A stretch of 64,000 nucleotides of DNA from positions 100,692,088-100,756,087 of the forward strand of contig NC_068987.1 in the NCBI RefSeq assembly GCF_001194135.2. The letters run 5' to 3'. Shown one piece after another: positions 1-13,988 of the stretch (its first letter is position 1; the number at the start of each line of letters is the position of its first letter). Position numbers and translations under genes: made by a program. The stretch is from Octopus bimaculoides. Its lineage: Eukaryota. The notes below the pieces were generated by a model. The model ran no database searches. It was not told the DNA's origin and was given only the letters and a program-made list of their open reading frames with translations.

Positions 1-1712
1 TTTTCAACGTCGTTTCAATGAAATATTTTAAAGAGGATATCGACCAATTAGACTGTTGTATAATATGCTGCACTGGAAAGCGAAATAAATTAGGCTTAGT
101 ATTCCTGTTATTTGTCAAGTTGTGCATCTGGCTTTTTAAACATGCAATAAGAATCAAACATTTAAACTCATAAATATGTTAAAACTACCGATATAAGTTA
201 TTTACATTTTTTTTATCACATTGTCTATAATATATGTGTTGTGTTTTTATCCATGTTACGAATATAAAAATTTAAAATACTGAACTGGTGTTTCATATTT
301 GCTGAAATCTCAACTTTAGCGACATCGCTTTAGTAGGCTTCTTTTGTACTATATTAAATATTTCTAGTGTAATTAAATTTTTAGCGATACACCGTAGCTT
401 GTTTTATTATTTATACTTTTTGCCTTGGATGGTCAAAATGTTTTACTCTTTACTATCCATTTTATAAGCAAAGAGAAAATTAACCTGGCTCGTATAACTC
501 AAGCGGGTTCTACTCTAACAAACGTATACAGTTTTACAACTTATACAACAATATAAAACGTCCAAAAATAACAAGCAAACTATATAGTGCAACTGAAAAA
601 AGAGGAACACAATCTATTTCAGCAAAATATTTATAACGCAGCTCAAAATTAGCCCATCATCGGACAATATAAAGAATTGGATGATTTAATTACTAATCGA
701 ATACCTGGCCAGTTTAAAATCATTCGAAGCTCTTTATTTTCCTTCTTCACCGGTTAGCAATGCTTCAAATCCATTCATTGCTCTAAAGGTCGTGCCCTGA
801 CAAATTGTTGTTATTTTGACATATGTCTCCTCAAATAGGAATGTTCTCGTACATAAACCGCAGAGAAACTTGTCTTTTTTCTGGTCGAATGTCCCAAGCA
901 TATTTCAGCTGAGCTAAAGTGGGTTTTACTCTTATTTCCACAACACTGTGTCGATATATATATATATATATATANNNNNNNNNNNNNNNNNNNNNNNNNN
1001 NNNNNNNNNNNNNNNNNNNNNNNNNNNNNNNNNNNNNNNNNNNNNNNNNNNNNNNNNNNNNNNNNNNNNNNNNNNNNNNNNNNNNNNNNNNNNNNNNNNN
1101 NNNNNNNNNNNNNNNNNNNNNNNNNNNNNNNNNNNNNNNNNNNNNNNNNNNNNNNNNNNNNNNNNNNNNNNNNNNNNNNNNNNNNNNNNNNNNNNNNNNN
1201 NNNNNNNNNNNNNNNNNNNNNNNNNNNNNNNNNNNNNNNNNNNNNNNNNNNNNNNNNNNNNNNNNNNNNNNNNNNNNNNNNNNNNNNNNNNNNNNNNNNN
1301 NNNNNNNNNNNNNNNNNNNNNNNNNNNNNNNNNNNNNNNNNNNNNNNNNNNNNNNNNNNNNNNNNNNNNNNNNNNNNNNNNNNNNNNNNNNNNNNNNNNN
1401 NNNNNNNNNNNNNNNNNNNNNNNNNNNNNNNNNNNNNNNNNNNNNNNNNNNNNNNNNNNNNNNNNNNNNNNNNNNNNNNNNNNNNNNNNNNNNNNNNNNN
1501 NNNNNNNNNNNNNNNNNNNNNNNNNNNNNNNNNNNNNNNNNNNNNNNNNNNNNNNNNNNNNNNNNNNNNNNNNNNNNNNNNNNNNNNNNNNNNNNNNNNN
1601 NNNNNNNNNNNNNNNNNNNNNNNNNNNNNNNNNNNNNNNNNNNNNNNNNNNNNNNNNNNNNNNNNNNNNNNNNNNNNNNNNNNNNNNNNNNNNNNNNNNN
1701 NNNNNNNNNNNN

Positions 1713-1749
<37 letters not shown>

Positions 1750-1800
1750 TATGCGTGTGTGTGTGTCTGTGTGTGTCTGTGTGTGTGTCTGTGTGTGTGA

Positions 1801-2010
1801 GAATGTTTGTGTGCCCGTGTTTGTTCCCCATCATCGCTTGACAACTGATGCTGGTGTGTTTACGTCCCCATAACTTAGCGGTTCGGAAAAAGTGCCCGAT
1901 AGAATAAGTACTAGGCTTACGAAGAATAAATCCTGGGGTCGATTTGCTCGACTAGACTATAGGCGGTGCTCCAGCATGGCGGCAGTCAAATGACTGAAAC
2001 AAGTACAAAG

Positions 2011-2011
<1 letters not shown>
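1801..2011 (+). mobile_element. SINE family 1, 3' half
   Basis: Matches the 3' half of the full copy at 35353-35760 (catcgcttgacaa..gctggtgtgtttacgtc...gatagaataagtactaggcttac...ggcggtgctccagcatgg.cagtcaaatgactgaaacaagta). Preceded by an (AT)n/(GT)n tract. Confidence 0.9.
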
Positions 2012-2049
<38 letters not shown>

Positions 2050-3581
2050 TATCATGTGTATTCTAGAAAGTTTCCAAAGTTTCCAGATTGATCGACTTTA
2101 ATAGAAACAGCCTGCGCATAAAATGTCCAATGGGATTGAAACTGAAATTACTTTCCTGTACTACTTCGTCTAACAGCCATGATTAGATCCATTTATAATT
2201 TTTATACATGAAATTCTGACGTACACACTGTTACCCAAAGTAATATGGCAAACGCTGAAAGAGCTGTGATTAACTAAACGACAAAAATAATTCAGAATAT
2301 TTTGTATTCAATTACATACAGAAAAAAATTTATAAATGTATTGTCACGTCGCCAAATAACTTCACTAGTGTTTGCTATACGTTTAAACATGGAAGTTTTA
2401 CAACCTTTAATTGTTCCTTTATATTTACTTTCGCATTCAATTTTTTTTAATCTCCGTTTTTCATTTTCTTTCTTTTGTATACATTCCTAAATTTGCTAGA
2501 CATACAATAACATAATAGCTCAGTGCATGTTACACTATATAGTATAGAAGAATACGCAGTTGTGTTTAGTTTATGACTGATCCGCTTCTAGATCATTGTT
2601 TTATCCGAGACATTGTGTAAACATTTCAAATTATATGTGTGCTTACACTCTAAAGGCCTATTATTGTCCATTCAACTGTATGATACTTCCAACATTCCTG
2701 AACGCTTGTATTTTTCGGTCTTTCAGTAAAAGTGACTAGGCACTACAGGAATACAGGTACACAAGCACTCATACGCACACAAGTACACATATACACAAGC
2801 ACGCATATTTGAAAGCACGCGAGCGTTAGCATAAATATGCTTGTGTACAATTCTGCGCACGTGTATTCGATGTGATACAGTACAAGTATGTAATGCTTTG
2901 TATATTTGAGACCGAGATAAAATATTATATTAGCAGGTACAATAGATAGCTGTATATAAACACGCACACGGACACATTTACACATACAGTCACACACCTG
3001 CAAAAATACGCACACACGATTGATAACACGATTATTATGCGAACATTATGTGAGTGTGTGTCTGTGCGTGTGGGTGTGTGTGTGCACAAATTATAAACTG
3101 ATACATCAGTAGCTAACAAATTTCATATTAAACCTTATAAAAACTAATTTGTCGAAGATAAACAATAAGAAATAACGAAACGATGTATCTGTTCTTTTCG
3201 TATGATAATGTCGAATAACAATGCAACTGTAAAAGTATATCATTCATACTAAAATCGCAAGTGCTATAGTATATTGTTAATTTACGTCGTTAGTGTTTTT
3301 TCTTGTCATATTGGACGAGTGATGTTTCACTATATTTGCAATTAAAATGATATCTACCAGAGGTAAGTGGCTACAGGAATATCTGTATATCAACCGAGAT
3401 ATTTGTAACGACTAAGTTGTCAGTTAATAAAACTGCTGCTCTCTCGTGGTAACATGTATTATACTTTCGCTTATTTGTGTAGATGCTGATGTAGTCCAAC
3501 TCGCATGAAATTTAAATGCACCCTTTCGAGTTGACACGCTGGATTATGTGTTCATTCCAGAATTCTTGCATATCATTTTAA

Positions 3582-3602
3582 CACACACGCGCACACACAC
3601 AC

Positions 3603-3664
<62 letters not shown>
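3582..3664. repeat. (CA)n microsatellite running into a gap
   Basis: Directly visible. Confidence 0.95.
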
Positions 3665-3927
3665 NNNNNNNNNNNNNNNNNNNNNNNNNNNNNNNNNNNN
3701 NNNNNNNNNNNNNNNNNNNNNNNNNNNNNNNNNNNNNNNNNNNNNNNNNNNNNNNNNNNNNNNNNNNNNNNNNNNNNNNNNNNNNNNNNNNNNNNNNNNN
3801 NNNNNNNNNNNNNNNNNNNNNNNNNNNNNNNNNNNNNNNNNNNNNNNNNNNNNNNNNNNNNNNNNNNNNNNNNNNNNNNNNNNNNNNNNNNNNNNNNNNN
3901 NNNNNNNATATATAAATATATATAAAT

Positions 3928-3994
<67 letters not shown>

Positions 3995-4229
3995 AGCTCA
4001 CTCGCTGAAAAGTTCACGCACACAAACTTACACACATGCACACGCTTACACACAAAATCTCACATACTCATGCACAAAAACTCACGTACATTCAAAGCCG
4101 CACACGCACACATGTGCACGTGACTCTAATGGTGCTTAAACTTGTGTAAGCCTATTCAAATGAAACAGCTTATCTTTCAACTTGAAGATAAGAGATTGTT
4201 GCATTTTAATCTTTTTTTTTTATCAATGA

Positions 4230-4601
4230 TTTCATATGTCTTCAGTTGTTCATTACGCTTATTTTCAAACAATGATATTGTTGACGTGAACCATTCTGAT
4301 TCTACGAAATCTGCAAGTCTGAGTACTTTTCTATGCAGTAAGTTAAGGAAAGAATTTCATACATTTCTTTGTTCTGTTTCTCTTTGCAGATTCCATTAAA
4401 AGCTCTTTGCTGGCATTTATTGCTCCTTTTTACCAGCCTTCAACATTATTAGTTACGTTCTGTGAAGTACTTTTACAGAATATATTCCTTCAATGCAACA
4501 AGATATTCTGTGCTTATCCAACTTCCTTTGCCCTTACTGCATTCAATATGAAGTCTATTAATATCACATTTTCCTGTAACATAAACTTGCATGCATCTGC
4601 A
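4230..4601 (-). mobile_element. Decayed R4/Dong-like non-LTR retrotransposon fragment (post-RT region)
   Basis: Minus-strand translation KCDINRLHIECSKGKGSWISTEYLVALKE resembles the DIDRLYxPRxEGGRGLxSIEDC motif also seen at 34380-34440. It is followed by frameshifted NKEMY and ADFVESEWFTS remnants. Confidence 0.5.
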
Positions 4602-4876
4602 TAGATAGATAGATAGATAGATAGGTAGATATATAGATANNNNNNNNNNNNNNNNNNNNNNNNNNNNNNNNNNNNNNNNNNNNNNNNNNNNNNNNNNNNN
4701 NNNNNNNNNNNNNNNNNNNNNNNNNNNNNNNNNNNNNNNNNNNNNNNNNNNNNNNNNNNNNNNNNNNNNNNNNNNNNNNNNNNNNNNNNNNNNNNNNNNN
4801 NNNNNNNNNNNNNNNNNNNNNNNNNNNNNNNNNNNNNNNNNNNNNNNNNNNNNNNNNNNNNNNNNNNNNNNNNNNN

Positions 4877-4907
<31 letters not shown>

Positions 4908-5775
4908 TGTATGTATGTATGTATATCCATGTGTGTATGTTTGCGCGTGTTTGTGTATATGTGTGAGTGTCTGTTCACGTGCGTGTATTGATATATATGT
5001 ATATATATTTGCATATATTATTATTGATATTGTTGTTGTTACTGCTGATTTTCAATAATTACGATTTGTTTATTTATACAAACTCATATAACACGGTTTA
5101 ATAGACCAAATCTGGACTGTCAAAGATTTGCGCATGATTTTCGTTTTTAGCTATTCTGTTGTAACATTTGCTCATTATCTCGTGTTATTCCCATTTCTCA
5201 TGTAACTACAGAGAATATTTTCCTTCATATGTCAGAATATTTTCTCGTTTATCTGGCTTTATCTTGTTTTTTTTTGTTTTTTTTTTCTAATCTTATTATT
5301 TACTTTGATTCTGCGTTTGAAATGTTCGCTTATAAAGAGTTTATATAATAGTAATGTGTTGTCGCCATGTGTCTTTGACTTAAATATTTTGCGTAGAATT
5401 CGAACATTATCTTACAACAGATATTTCCACTAATAGCTAATGGCTAATGGGATTTTAATACTTATCTGTTTTGAATTTAAATTTTCTCTTAATTTCTCAG
5501 TGATTTTATTTCCATAGCCTTTCGAGGTGTCATTCATTTATATGCTGTACCAACTTGATTGAAACAGAAAATATTTGGCTGTTATCTACAATTTCATATA
5601 CCCTACAAACAACTCCAGGGCTTCACTGTTGTCTTTTTTACATGTATATTATAATTAGCTTTCGTAAAGACTGTTCTAAACTTTTACTGTATCAGTCATG
5701 TCTACTCTTTTGATAATGATATATCTTACCCTTCCATTAACGGCTATATCTTTCATTTATTTATTTTTTTGTCTG

Positions 5776-5870
5776 CTACTTGTTTTAGTTATTAGACTGT
5801 AGCCATGCAAGGGCAGTAACTGGAAGAAATTTAGTCGAAAGAATCACGCACGGTATTATTTTTAAAACTA
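5776..5870 (-). mobile_element. SINE family 1, degenerate 3' tail
   Basis: ctacttgttttagttattagactgtagccatgc...tttagtcgaaagaatc is the reverse complement of the family 1 tail (gactgaaacaagta, catgg.c.cagtc). Confidence 0.65.
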
Positions 5871-6472
5871 AGAAGTATTCTATAGGTTCCCTTTGACAAA
5901 CCGCTATATATATTGCATTTTGCTAAGAGAAATTCGATATCTGCCTGGATATTATATCCCTTCTCTTAGTNNNNNNNNNNNNNNNNNNNNNNNNNNNNNN
6001 NNNNNNNNNNNNNNNNNNNNNNNNNNNNNNNNNNNNNNNNNNNNNNNNNNNNNNNNNNNNNNNNNNNNNNNNNNNNNNNNNNNNNNNNNNNNNNNNNNNN
6101 NNNNNNNNAAACTGTTAATAGTTTTTAAGTGGACACCTCCGCAGCTACAATTTGGCATAACTAGTTTGAGATTTGGTTCAGTAGAATGAAAGTTACATTA
6201 AAATATCTGCGATCTCAAGAGAGGCAGGAAGGCAGACATTCATCTTCAATTACCATAATTTTTTAAAATTTTATATTAAAAGTATATTTTTCTTATGCTT
6301 AAATGATAGAAAAAGGCGTGAGAAATTCAGAATCACTAGTTGCATTGAACAAAAATTAGTAGAAAAAGAGTTATGAGGTAAAATGTTACGAAATTTTATG
6401 TCAGTAAGGGAGTAACGCTTAGGCAATAAGAATAAAGAATCTATTTATGAAATGAATGTTTGCATTATATTC

Positions 6473-6573
6473 GGGCGAGCCGGCAGAAACGTTAGCGCAT
6501 CAGGCGAAATTTTTAACAATATTTCGTCTGTCTTCATATTTTGAGTTCAAATTTCGCCGAGGTCGACTTTGAC
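6473..6573 (+). mobile_element. SINE family 2, 5' part
   Basis: ggcgagccggcagaaacgttagcgc...ggcgaaat...tatttcgtctgtc...tgagttcaaatttcgccgaggtcgactttg aligns with the copies at 51983 and 56174. Confidence 0.85.
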
Positions 6574-7018
6574 GTATAGATTATTTAATATATTTTTTAA
6601 AGCTACATGAAGCGGGGTGAGGGTCCCGCCAATCCTGGAATCATTGGAAATTCTTTTTCTTTATGTTGAATGAATTCCTGTGACCTCCTAATATTGCAAA
6701 ATTAGGTTACTTAAGGTGAGCCTTGTAACTGATGGTTTCGGAGTCCTGTTTTTTTGTAACTTTTGGTGAGCCATGGTGCAACCAACAACATGGTAAAAAT
6801 CCCTACCATTAATTTAGTAGTGATAAAAAACCTGCGTTGTGCTGTACATGTCAGTCTCTCTTAATAAAAGTTTCACATGAAGAATATCCTGAAACAATCA
6901 TGAGATAAGATACTTGAAATAAAATTAATCAGAGTATTGTATATAAAATAAGAGCAATTGTTATTATAAAAATTGATCATGAAGAAAAATATAAAAATTA
7001 GAACATGCCTTAAGATTA

Positions 7019-8520
7019 CAGGGTGCCCCTAAACTAAGTCAACCGAATATACATGTATATATATACGCAGAAATTCTCGCGTGGTTTATTGTGAATTTCC
7101 TCAACTTGTTTACGTTTCCATCAGAAATGGAGACGAACACCGAGCTTTCCATGTAATAGGCTTGATAATTACTGAGGCATTCCTTTACATGAGACCAATG
7201 GTAGTTTTAATACACAAATAAAGAATCTTTATCCAACAATGCGGTGTTGAGCATTCATTCTTGATGTTCGATATTTACGTAACTATCAACCAAAGTAATA
7301 AGATATGAAAATTATATATCATTATAAAAGCTTAATATGTCTTTTTTTTGTTTCAAACTAAATATATTCAGATCTATAAATTAAGTAATGTATATAGAAC
7401 GAAATGCAATCATAACTCTAAACAAAAGGAGGCGAAATTAATAAAGCTAGAGCAAATGAAACCCAAAAGACTTTAGATTAACCAGATAATAGTCTGGGAA
7501 ATTGCCAAGAAATTTCAAGAGACTGGTTCCATCGCTGATCGATTTAAAGGTGGCCGAACAAGAAGTGTGAGTACCAGAAATAAGTTAAGTCAAAATCGTT
7601 GTAGTTTCGTCAGAAAAACTAGATTCCACAGCAAAAATAAGCCGAACAACGATATATCTCACTACCTACCCTTAGAAGATGATCCGCCTTTATGAACTCA
7701 CGGAAGTTTATAAGGCCATGATACTAGAAAGAAGTCGTCTTAACCTGAGTAAGATGTTGCCCAACCTGTTGTACACTGATAAAAAGAAATGCGATATCGA
7801 AGAGACAGTAAACCACTACAATGACCGACTTTGGAATGTATCTGGCTTCTTCGAGGGTAGACTCGTAAATTGACCTCAAAATTCGCAGACAATTATGGTT
7901 TGGGCGGTTGTGACAGTCACTAGAATGTCTTCCCTCGTTTTTATGCCCTCCGGTATTAAAATTATCACCCACCGATACATTAATAAAATTCTGGGAGCTG
8001 AACCGCTTCTATAGGCTAATTAGAACATTCAAGGCGATCTTGGAGTTTCCGACAGGACTCGGCACTATCCCACACTTACAAACAGACACAAAATTGACTT
8101 CAGAAAGATATTCCGTCGTTCATAGGCAATGATGTTTGACCCTCAAGAAACCCCTATCTCAACCCATTGGATATTTCTTTTCGGTACATTTTGGAGACGA
8201 GGATCTCGAGCACTCCTCATACTTCGCTCGATGCCCTGAAATCAACAGTCTGGGAAAGTGTCAAGAAATTTCAAGAGATTGCTTCCACTGCTGATCAACC
8301 TAAGCGTGGTCGAAAAAGTCAAAATTGCGTGCCGTAGGTAAAGCATTCTCACCTCAGCTTAAGGTTTTGACTCGAAACAAAGGTGGTCATATCGAATAAA
8401 TATGGTTGTGTCATAATTGCGTTTCCTTTTCTATTGCATTGCGATACTCAGACGCGAGATGTAACAATATTCTGCGCAAAACTGAGAAATATTTGGTTGC
8501 CTTAATTTTGGGACACACTG
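7019..8520 (+). mobile_element. Full-length but decayed Tc1/mariner DNA transposon of the DD37D (maT) family
   Basis: 26-bp TIRs at 7019-7044 (cagggtgcccctaaactaagtcaacc) and 8495-8520 (reverse complement cagtgtgtcccaaaattaaggcaacc), 5 mismatches, with TA on both flanks. Transposase remnants: KKFQETGSIADRFKGGR (HTH), LLYTDKKKCDIEETVNHYNDRLW, IMVWAVV, WSFRQDSALSH...NPYLNPLD with 37 residues between the Asp codons at 8056 and 8170, and the C-terminus KGGHIE*. Contains stops and frameshifts. Confidence 0.92.
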
Positions 8521-11215
8521 TATTTTCGTGGTCCCTCACTAGTTCTGCTAGAAACATACTGAGGTCAATAAACACACAAGCCCCATAGTACATACTCTAC
8601 ACAAGCATTAGCGAATAAATTACAATTACACACGGTACACATTCAATGCAATAAGACCTTTTAGTAGTGCAACGCAGCCAATAGAAAATATGATCTACGC
8701 AATCACGCCATATAACAATAACACTTTTGCTCACATACTCACGATCAGATTATATAAGATATCCCAACAAAAACGAGTATATAAAAACTTGGATATCAAT
8801 AAGCTATATCATTACATTATTATTTAAATCAAACTTACATAATATAATCTTCACGGTCGCTATAGAGTACTGTAGTGTCACTAAATATGACTCGCACCAA
8901 TTCCACATAAAAATGAATTTGTAAGTAATCTCTGAAAAATGAAATCACATCACACAAATTCAAACAATGCAATGCAAACACTTTTCTACATACTCTACAT
9001 CAAAGTGGCATATAACCTACGATAATAGATGTGCAATATCTGGAACTGGAGAACCTACCATGGAAGTCTTCAAAATACTAAATATAACAATCGTAATCTT
9101 ATAATTATTGTGAAGAAGAAACCCAGATTTAACAGTGAAGAATAAAACAGGCGGCTACATGATACACCAAAACCGTTACAGAAAGATGGATGTAAGCATG
9201 TGTTTCAAATTCTCAGTAATTTTCTGAGAGAAGGACGGTTCTTTAGAAGATATTAAGAATAATGTTTGCAAATTTCTATTCAATATTACCTAAAACAGTG
9301 TGCACACAGATACACAAGCATACGCGCGTATATATATATATATATATATATATNNNNNNNNNNNNNNNNNNNNNNNNNNNNNNNNNNNNNNNNNNNNNNN
9401 NNNNNNNNNNNNNNNNNNNNNNNNNNNNNNNNNNNNNNNNNNNNNNNNNNNNNNNNNNNNNNNNNNNNNNNNNNNNNNNNNNNNNNNNNNNNNNNNNNNN
9501 NNNNNNNNNNNNNNNNNNNNNNNNNNNNNNNNNNNNNNNNNNNNNNNNNNNNNNNNNNNNNNNNNNNNNNNNNNNNNNNNNNNNNNNNNNNNNNNNNNNN
9601 NNNNNNNNNNNNNNNNNNNNNNNNNNNNNNNNNNNNNNNNNNNNNNNNNNNNNNNNNNNNNNNNNNNNNNNNNNNNNNNNNNNNNNNNNNNNNNNNNNNN
9701 NNNNNNNNNNNNNNNNNNNNNNNNNNNNNNNNNNNNNNNNNNNNNNNNNNNNNNNNNNNNNNNNNNNNNNNNNNNNNNNNNNNNNNNNNNNNNNNNNNNN
9801 NNNNNNNNNNNNNNNNNNNNNNNNNNNNNNNNNNNNNNNNNNNNNNNNNNNNNNNNNNNNNNNNNNNNNNNNNNNNNNNNNNNNNNNNNNNNNNNNNNNN
9901 NNNNNNNNNNNNNNNNNNNNNNNNNNNNNNNNNNNNNNNNNNNNNNNNNNNNNNNNNNNNNNNNNNNNNNNNNNNNNNNNNNNNNNNNNNNNNNNNNNNN
10001 NNNNNNNNNNNNNNNNNNNNNNNNNNNNNNNNNNNNNNNNNNNNNNNNNNNNNNNNNNNNNNNNNNNNNNNNNNNNNNNNNNNNNNNNNNNNNNNNNNNN
10101 NNNNNNNNNNNNNNNNNNNNNNNNNNNNNNNNNNNNNNNNNNNNNNNNNNNNNNNNNNNNNNNNNNNNNNNNNNNNNNNNNNNNNNNNNNNNNNNNNNNN
10201 NNNNNNNNNNTATATATATATATATATATATATTGGGAAATATGGCATCGCAATAGAGATGTTAAGAGGGGAGGGCGAAGAGCTGTCAAAAATCCTCATT
10301 CTATCATCATTCTCATGCTTAAATCACTCTGAAGAAGGGTAAAATGACGTTACACCTCTTTTCTCTTCTCTATAAGCTGCTTACTTAGACCATAGTCACC
10401 AGACTACAAAAACGCCTCGAAGACCAACAACCAAGATTCCATTGCTCCACCAACTAAAGGGACATTATTCTCTGAAAACGAGAAACTTGAAAAGACGTAC
10501 TAAATGGCCTTTTGGTGCGTGTTAGTAAGTAGGTAATTCGAAGTCACAGTCAATATTTTCCTTATAGAAATATAAGCTTACGGACGTATGATTAGAAATA
10601 GCCTGACATGTGCCACGTAGTGCATATTACAATTTGCCTAAGCGACGTCTTTTTCACTGAGATTTCTATATCTAATTTAGAATTCGTTATTGCTGCGACA
10701 AAAAATAACACGCAAAAGACAATTCAGAATACAATAAAATATAACACACGCACTCACACAAACTCGCGCACGTGCGGCGTATGTATATCTATTCCATAAC
10801 CACAATCAGCAACTGTGACAGAAATAACACATATATTCTGTTGAAACTTCAATACTTTAAATGAAATATATACACAATTGTGATACATGAGAATATATTA
10901 TAAATATGCCATAATAGTTTTATTTCAGTCTAAAAGCATTATTAATGTCAATATTACTATGAAAGTAATGGTTATCATTATTTTTCTTCGCGTTTTACAA
11001 TAATATTCAATTTAGATGTGTAAAATTTATGATTCAAAGTTTCAAAATAGGAAAATATTTGAAACAGAGAAAATACAAACTGTAAAGTACATATAAATAA
11101 TTATTTGATATGAAAATAAAAAAAAAAAACAAGACTTGCGGATTCAAGACATGAAAGTTCTAGAATGTATGCATATTGAAATGTGTGTGGAAATATGGCG
11201 GCTGTTATTACTATT

Positions 11216-11283
11216 CTTCTTCTTCTTCTTCTTCTTCTTCTTCTTCTTCTTCTTCTTCTTCTTCTTCTTCTTCTTCTTCTTCT
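11216..11283. repeat. (TTC)n microsatellite running into a gap
   Basis: Directly visible. Confidence 0.95.
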
Positions 11284-11956
11284 NNNNNNNNNNNNNNNNN
11301 NNNNNNNNNNNNNNNNNNNNNNNNNNNNNNNNNNNNNNNNNNNNNNNNNNNNNNNNNNNNNNNNNNNNNNNNNNNNNNNNNNNNNNNNNNNNNNNNNNNN
11401 NNNNNNNNNNNNNNNNNNNNNNNNNNNNNNNNNNNNNNNNNNNNNNNNNNNNNNNNNNNNNNNNNNNNNNNNNNNNNNNNNNNNNNNNNNNNNNNNNNNN
11501 NNNNNNNNNNNNNNNNNNNNNNNNNNNNNNNNNNNNNNNNNNNNNNNNNNNNNNNNNNNNNNNNNNNNNNNNNNNNNNNNNNNNNNNNNNNNNNNNNNNN
11601 NNNNNNNNNNNNNNNNNNNNNNNNNNNNNNNNNNNNNNNNNNNNNNNNNNNNNNNNNNNNNNNNNNNNNNNNNNNNNNNNNNNNNNNNNNNNNNNNNNNN
11701 NNNNNNNNNNNNNNNNNNNNNNNNNNNNNNNNNNNNNNNNNNNNNNNNNNNNNNNNNNNNNNNNNNNNNNNNNNNNNNNNNNNNNNNNNNNNNNNNNNNN
11801 NNNNNNNNNNNNNNNNNNNNNNNNNNNNNNNNNNNNNNNNNNNNNNNNNNNNNNNNNNNNNNNNNNNNNNNNNNNNNNNNNNNNNNNNNNNNNNNNNNNN
11901 NNNNNNNNNNNAAGTCAGGGTACGTTTGTGTACGCATTTATGTATGCATACCCCCC

Positions 11957-12027
<71 letters not shown>

Positions 12028-12429
12028 AAAAAATCAAGGTAGAAAATGCTAAAGTAATTTTATCATAAAAAAACATTTTAGTGCCGGTTTCAGTCATTGA
12101 GACTTTTTCAACTCTAAGCTGGATCCCATGTATTATCTATAAAAACACTTGGCATAGAAGTCCTATAGAAGTGCATCTACGGCTTGTGATAAATTCCAAT
12201 CATTGTTGCCAGTTCAAGTTGTGCTTAGAGCAACGAAATTGTTCTGCACGCACTGTTCCAATGCATCTGAGCTTCTAACAACTTCTATCAGCTGAGTATA
12301 TTGCAATTATCATTCTGCTGCCTTCTTTTGCCCACGCAAATCGGTCTTCCTCTATCTGATGACTTTGGTGATAAAGGTTGTATGATGGACTACATTGAAA
12401 GACTCCAAGCCATACTACTTCCGGTTAGG

Positions 12430-12790
12430 CTTAGCCCTCGTCAACTATTTCAAATTTTAGTTGTAAAGGAAATTGTAATTAAGGAGGGAAGTAATTCTTC
12501 CAAGAAAATTAGTTCGCAAGTGAATGAGAATTGTGAGCGTGATCCGAGTGAACAGGCCTGCCATATGTAAGTCCCTGTACATTGGACGGAGACGACTGGT
12601 AGCAGCACACCTTCAGTGTGATCGGAGTTGTTTCCATGAGAAGCTCCTAGATGTTTCTGCGTTTTAGGAAATTTGATTCTGTAAATATATCGATTCTTTT
12701 TCATTTCCATTGTTTGCACGATTTCGATGTAAAGAAACACTGCATCCTCCTTTACTGCAGTCGATCTTCTTTTCACAAAATGTCTCGCTA
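12430..12790 (-). mobile_element. Possible highly decayed LINE apurinic-endonuclease (APE) fragment
   Basis: Minus strand gives VVCISETFCEKK (similar to the APE motif IxITETW) and a frameshifted GVCYQS (similar to GVCYRP). Weak and interrupted. Confidence 0.28.
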
Positions 12791-12814
12791 ATGCAGACAA
12801 CTTTGTTGCTGCTA

Positions 12815-12925
12815 TCCGGTCCTTGATAATCTGAGTTTAAATCTGGCCGCGGTCGTACGTGCCTTTCATCATATCAGAATCAATTGAATAATATCTCATA
12901 AGCACTGATGTTGATGCAATCGAGA
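12815..12925 (+). mobile_element. SINE family 2, degenerate
   Basis: ctgagtttaaatctggccgcggtcgtacgtgcctttcatc...gcactgatgttgatgcaatcga matches the family 2 body (ctgagttcaaattccgccgaggtcgactttgcctttcatc...actggggtcgat.taatcga). Confidence 0.6.
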
Positions 12926-13531
12926 ATCCCACTCACACAGTATGTCAGACTGTACTAGAAGAAATTATAATCACTTTACAATGAGGTTTATGTTTCTCTT
13001 TTAATCTAAGAGTTATTATTTCTATAAAAATTTATGAAGAATATGCTAATTTTCAACAATTCTCCAACTAGCGATTTGTTTTAAAACTTTAAGTCGATAT
13101 TTAATAGATTGAGTTTTATAAATTTTGCGTGAACATTATTGAATTAAAAAGAGAAAAGAAATTCCTGTTTATAATACTAAGAACATTAATTGAAATTGCA
13201 TTACTGCAAGATAGATTCGTGATATATTTGGCCATTTTTTTTTTTTTATCTATCGCTTAGAAACATACTCATAATAGTAAAATGTTGGAAAGAGCTTTAT
13301 TACATTTGTCGTAAAAGTTTTACCTTCCTTAGTGTTAGCATTATTTCTTTGAGTTTAATACTTAATCTGTCGGTCTATGTTGGCGAATTTGGGGGTATCG
13401 AAACCAGTAAACAGCAATGGAACAAATACATGCAGTCTTCCAAACATATGTAAATAATACATGCATAGAGACAGACGGACAGACAGACGGATAGATACAT
13501 AATGGATATATTGTAAGCATAAGATATAGAA

Positions 13532-13564
<33 letters not shown>

Positions 13565-13988
13565 NNNNNNNNNNNNNNNNNNNNNNNNNNNNNNNNNNNN
13601 NNNNNNNNNNNNNNNNNNNNNNNNNNNNNNNNNNNNNNNNNNNNNNNNNNNNNNNNNNNNNNNNNNNNNNNNNNNNNNNNNNNNNNNNNNNNNNNNNNNN
13701 NNNNNNNNNNNNNNNNNNNNNNNNNNNNNNNNNNNNNNNNNNNNNNNNNNNNNNNNNNNNNNNNNNNNNNNNNNNNNNNNNNNNNNNNNNNNNNNNNNNN
13801 NNNNNNNNNNNNNNNNNNNNNNNNNNNNNNNNNNNNNNNNNNNNNNNNNNNNNNNNNNNNNNNNNNNNNNNNNNNNNNNNNNNNNNNNNNNNNNNNNNNN
13901 NNNNNNNNNNNNNNNNNNNNNNNNNNNNNNNNNNNNNNNNNNNNNNNNNNNNNNNNNNNNNNNNNNNNNNNNNNNNNNNNNCAACAAC

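Noticed and set aside
4361-4604. Strong-looking + strand splice acceptor (tttctctttgcag, 4389) opening a 70-codon frame
   Set aside because: There is no donor or recognisable protein, and the pyrimidine tract is explained by the antisense of the purine-rich R4-like fragment on the minus strand.
8012-8139. Three conserved Trp codons of the maT transposase all mutated to stops (8012, 8095, 8137) as a sign of directed mutagenesis
   Set aside because: TGG to TGA/TAG is the commonest single-transition route to a stop in a neutrally decaying copy, and the Trp assignment relies on a remembered consensus.
9100-9200. Ankyrin-like snippet NPDLTVKNKTG
   Set aside because: It is too short, has an in-frame stop just upstream, lacks the TPLH motif, and has no splice support.
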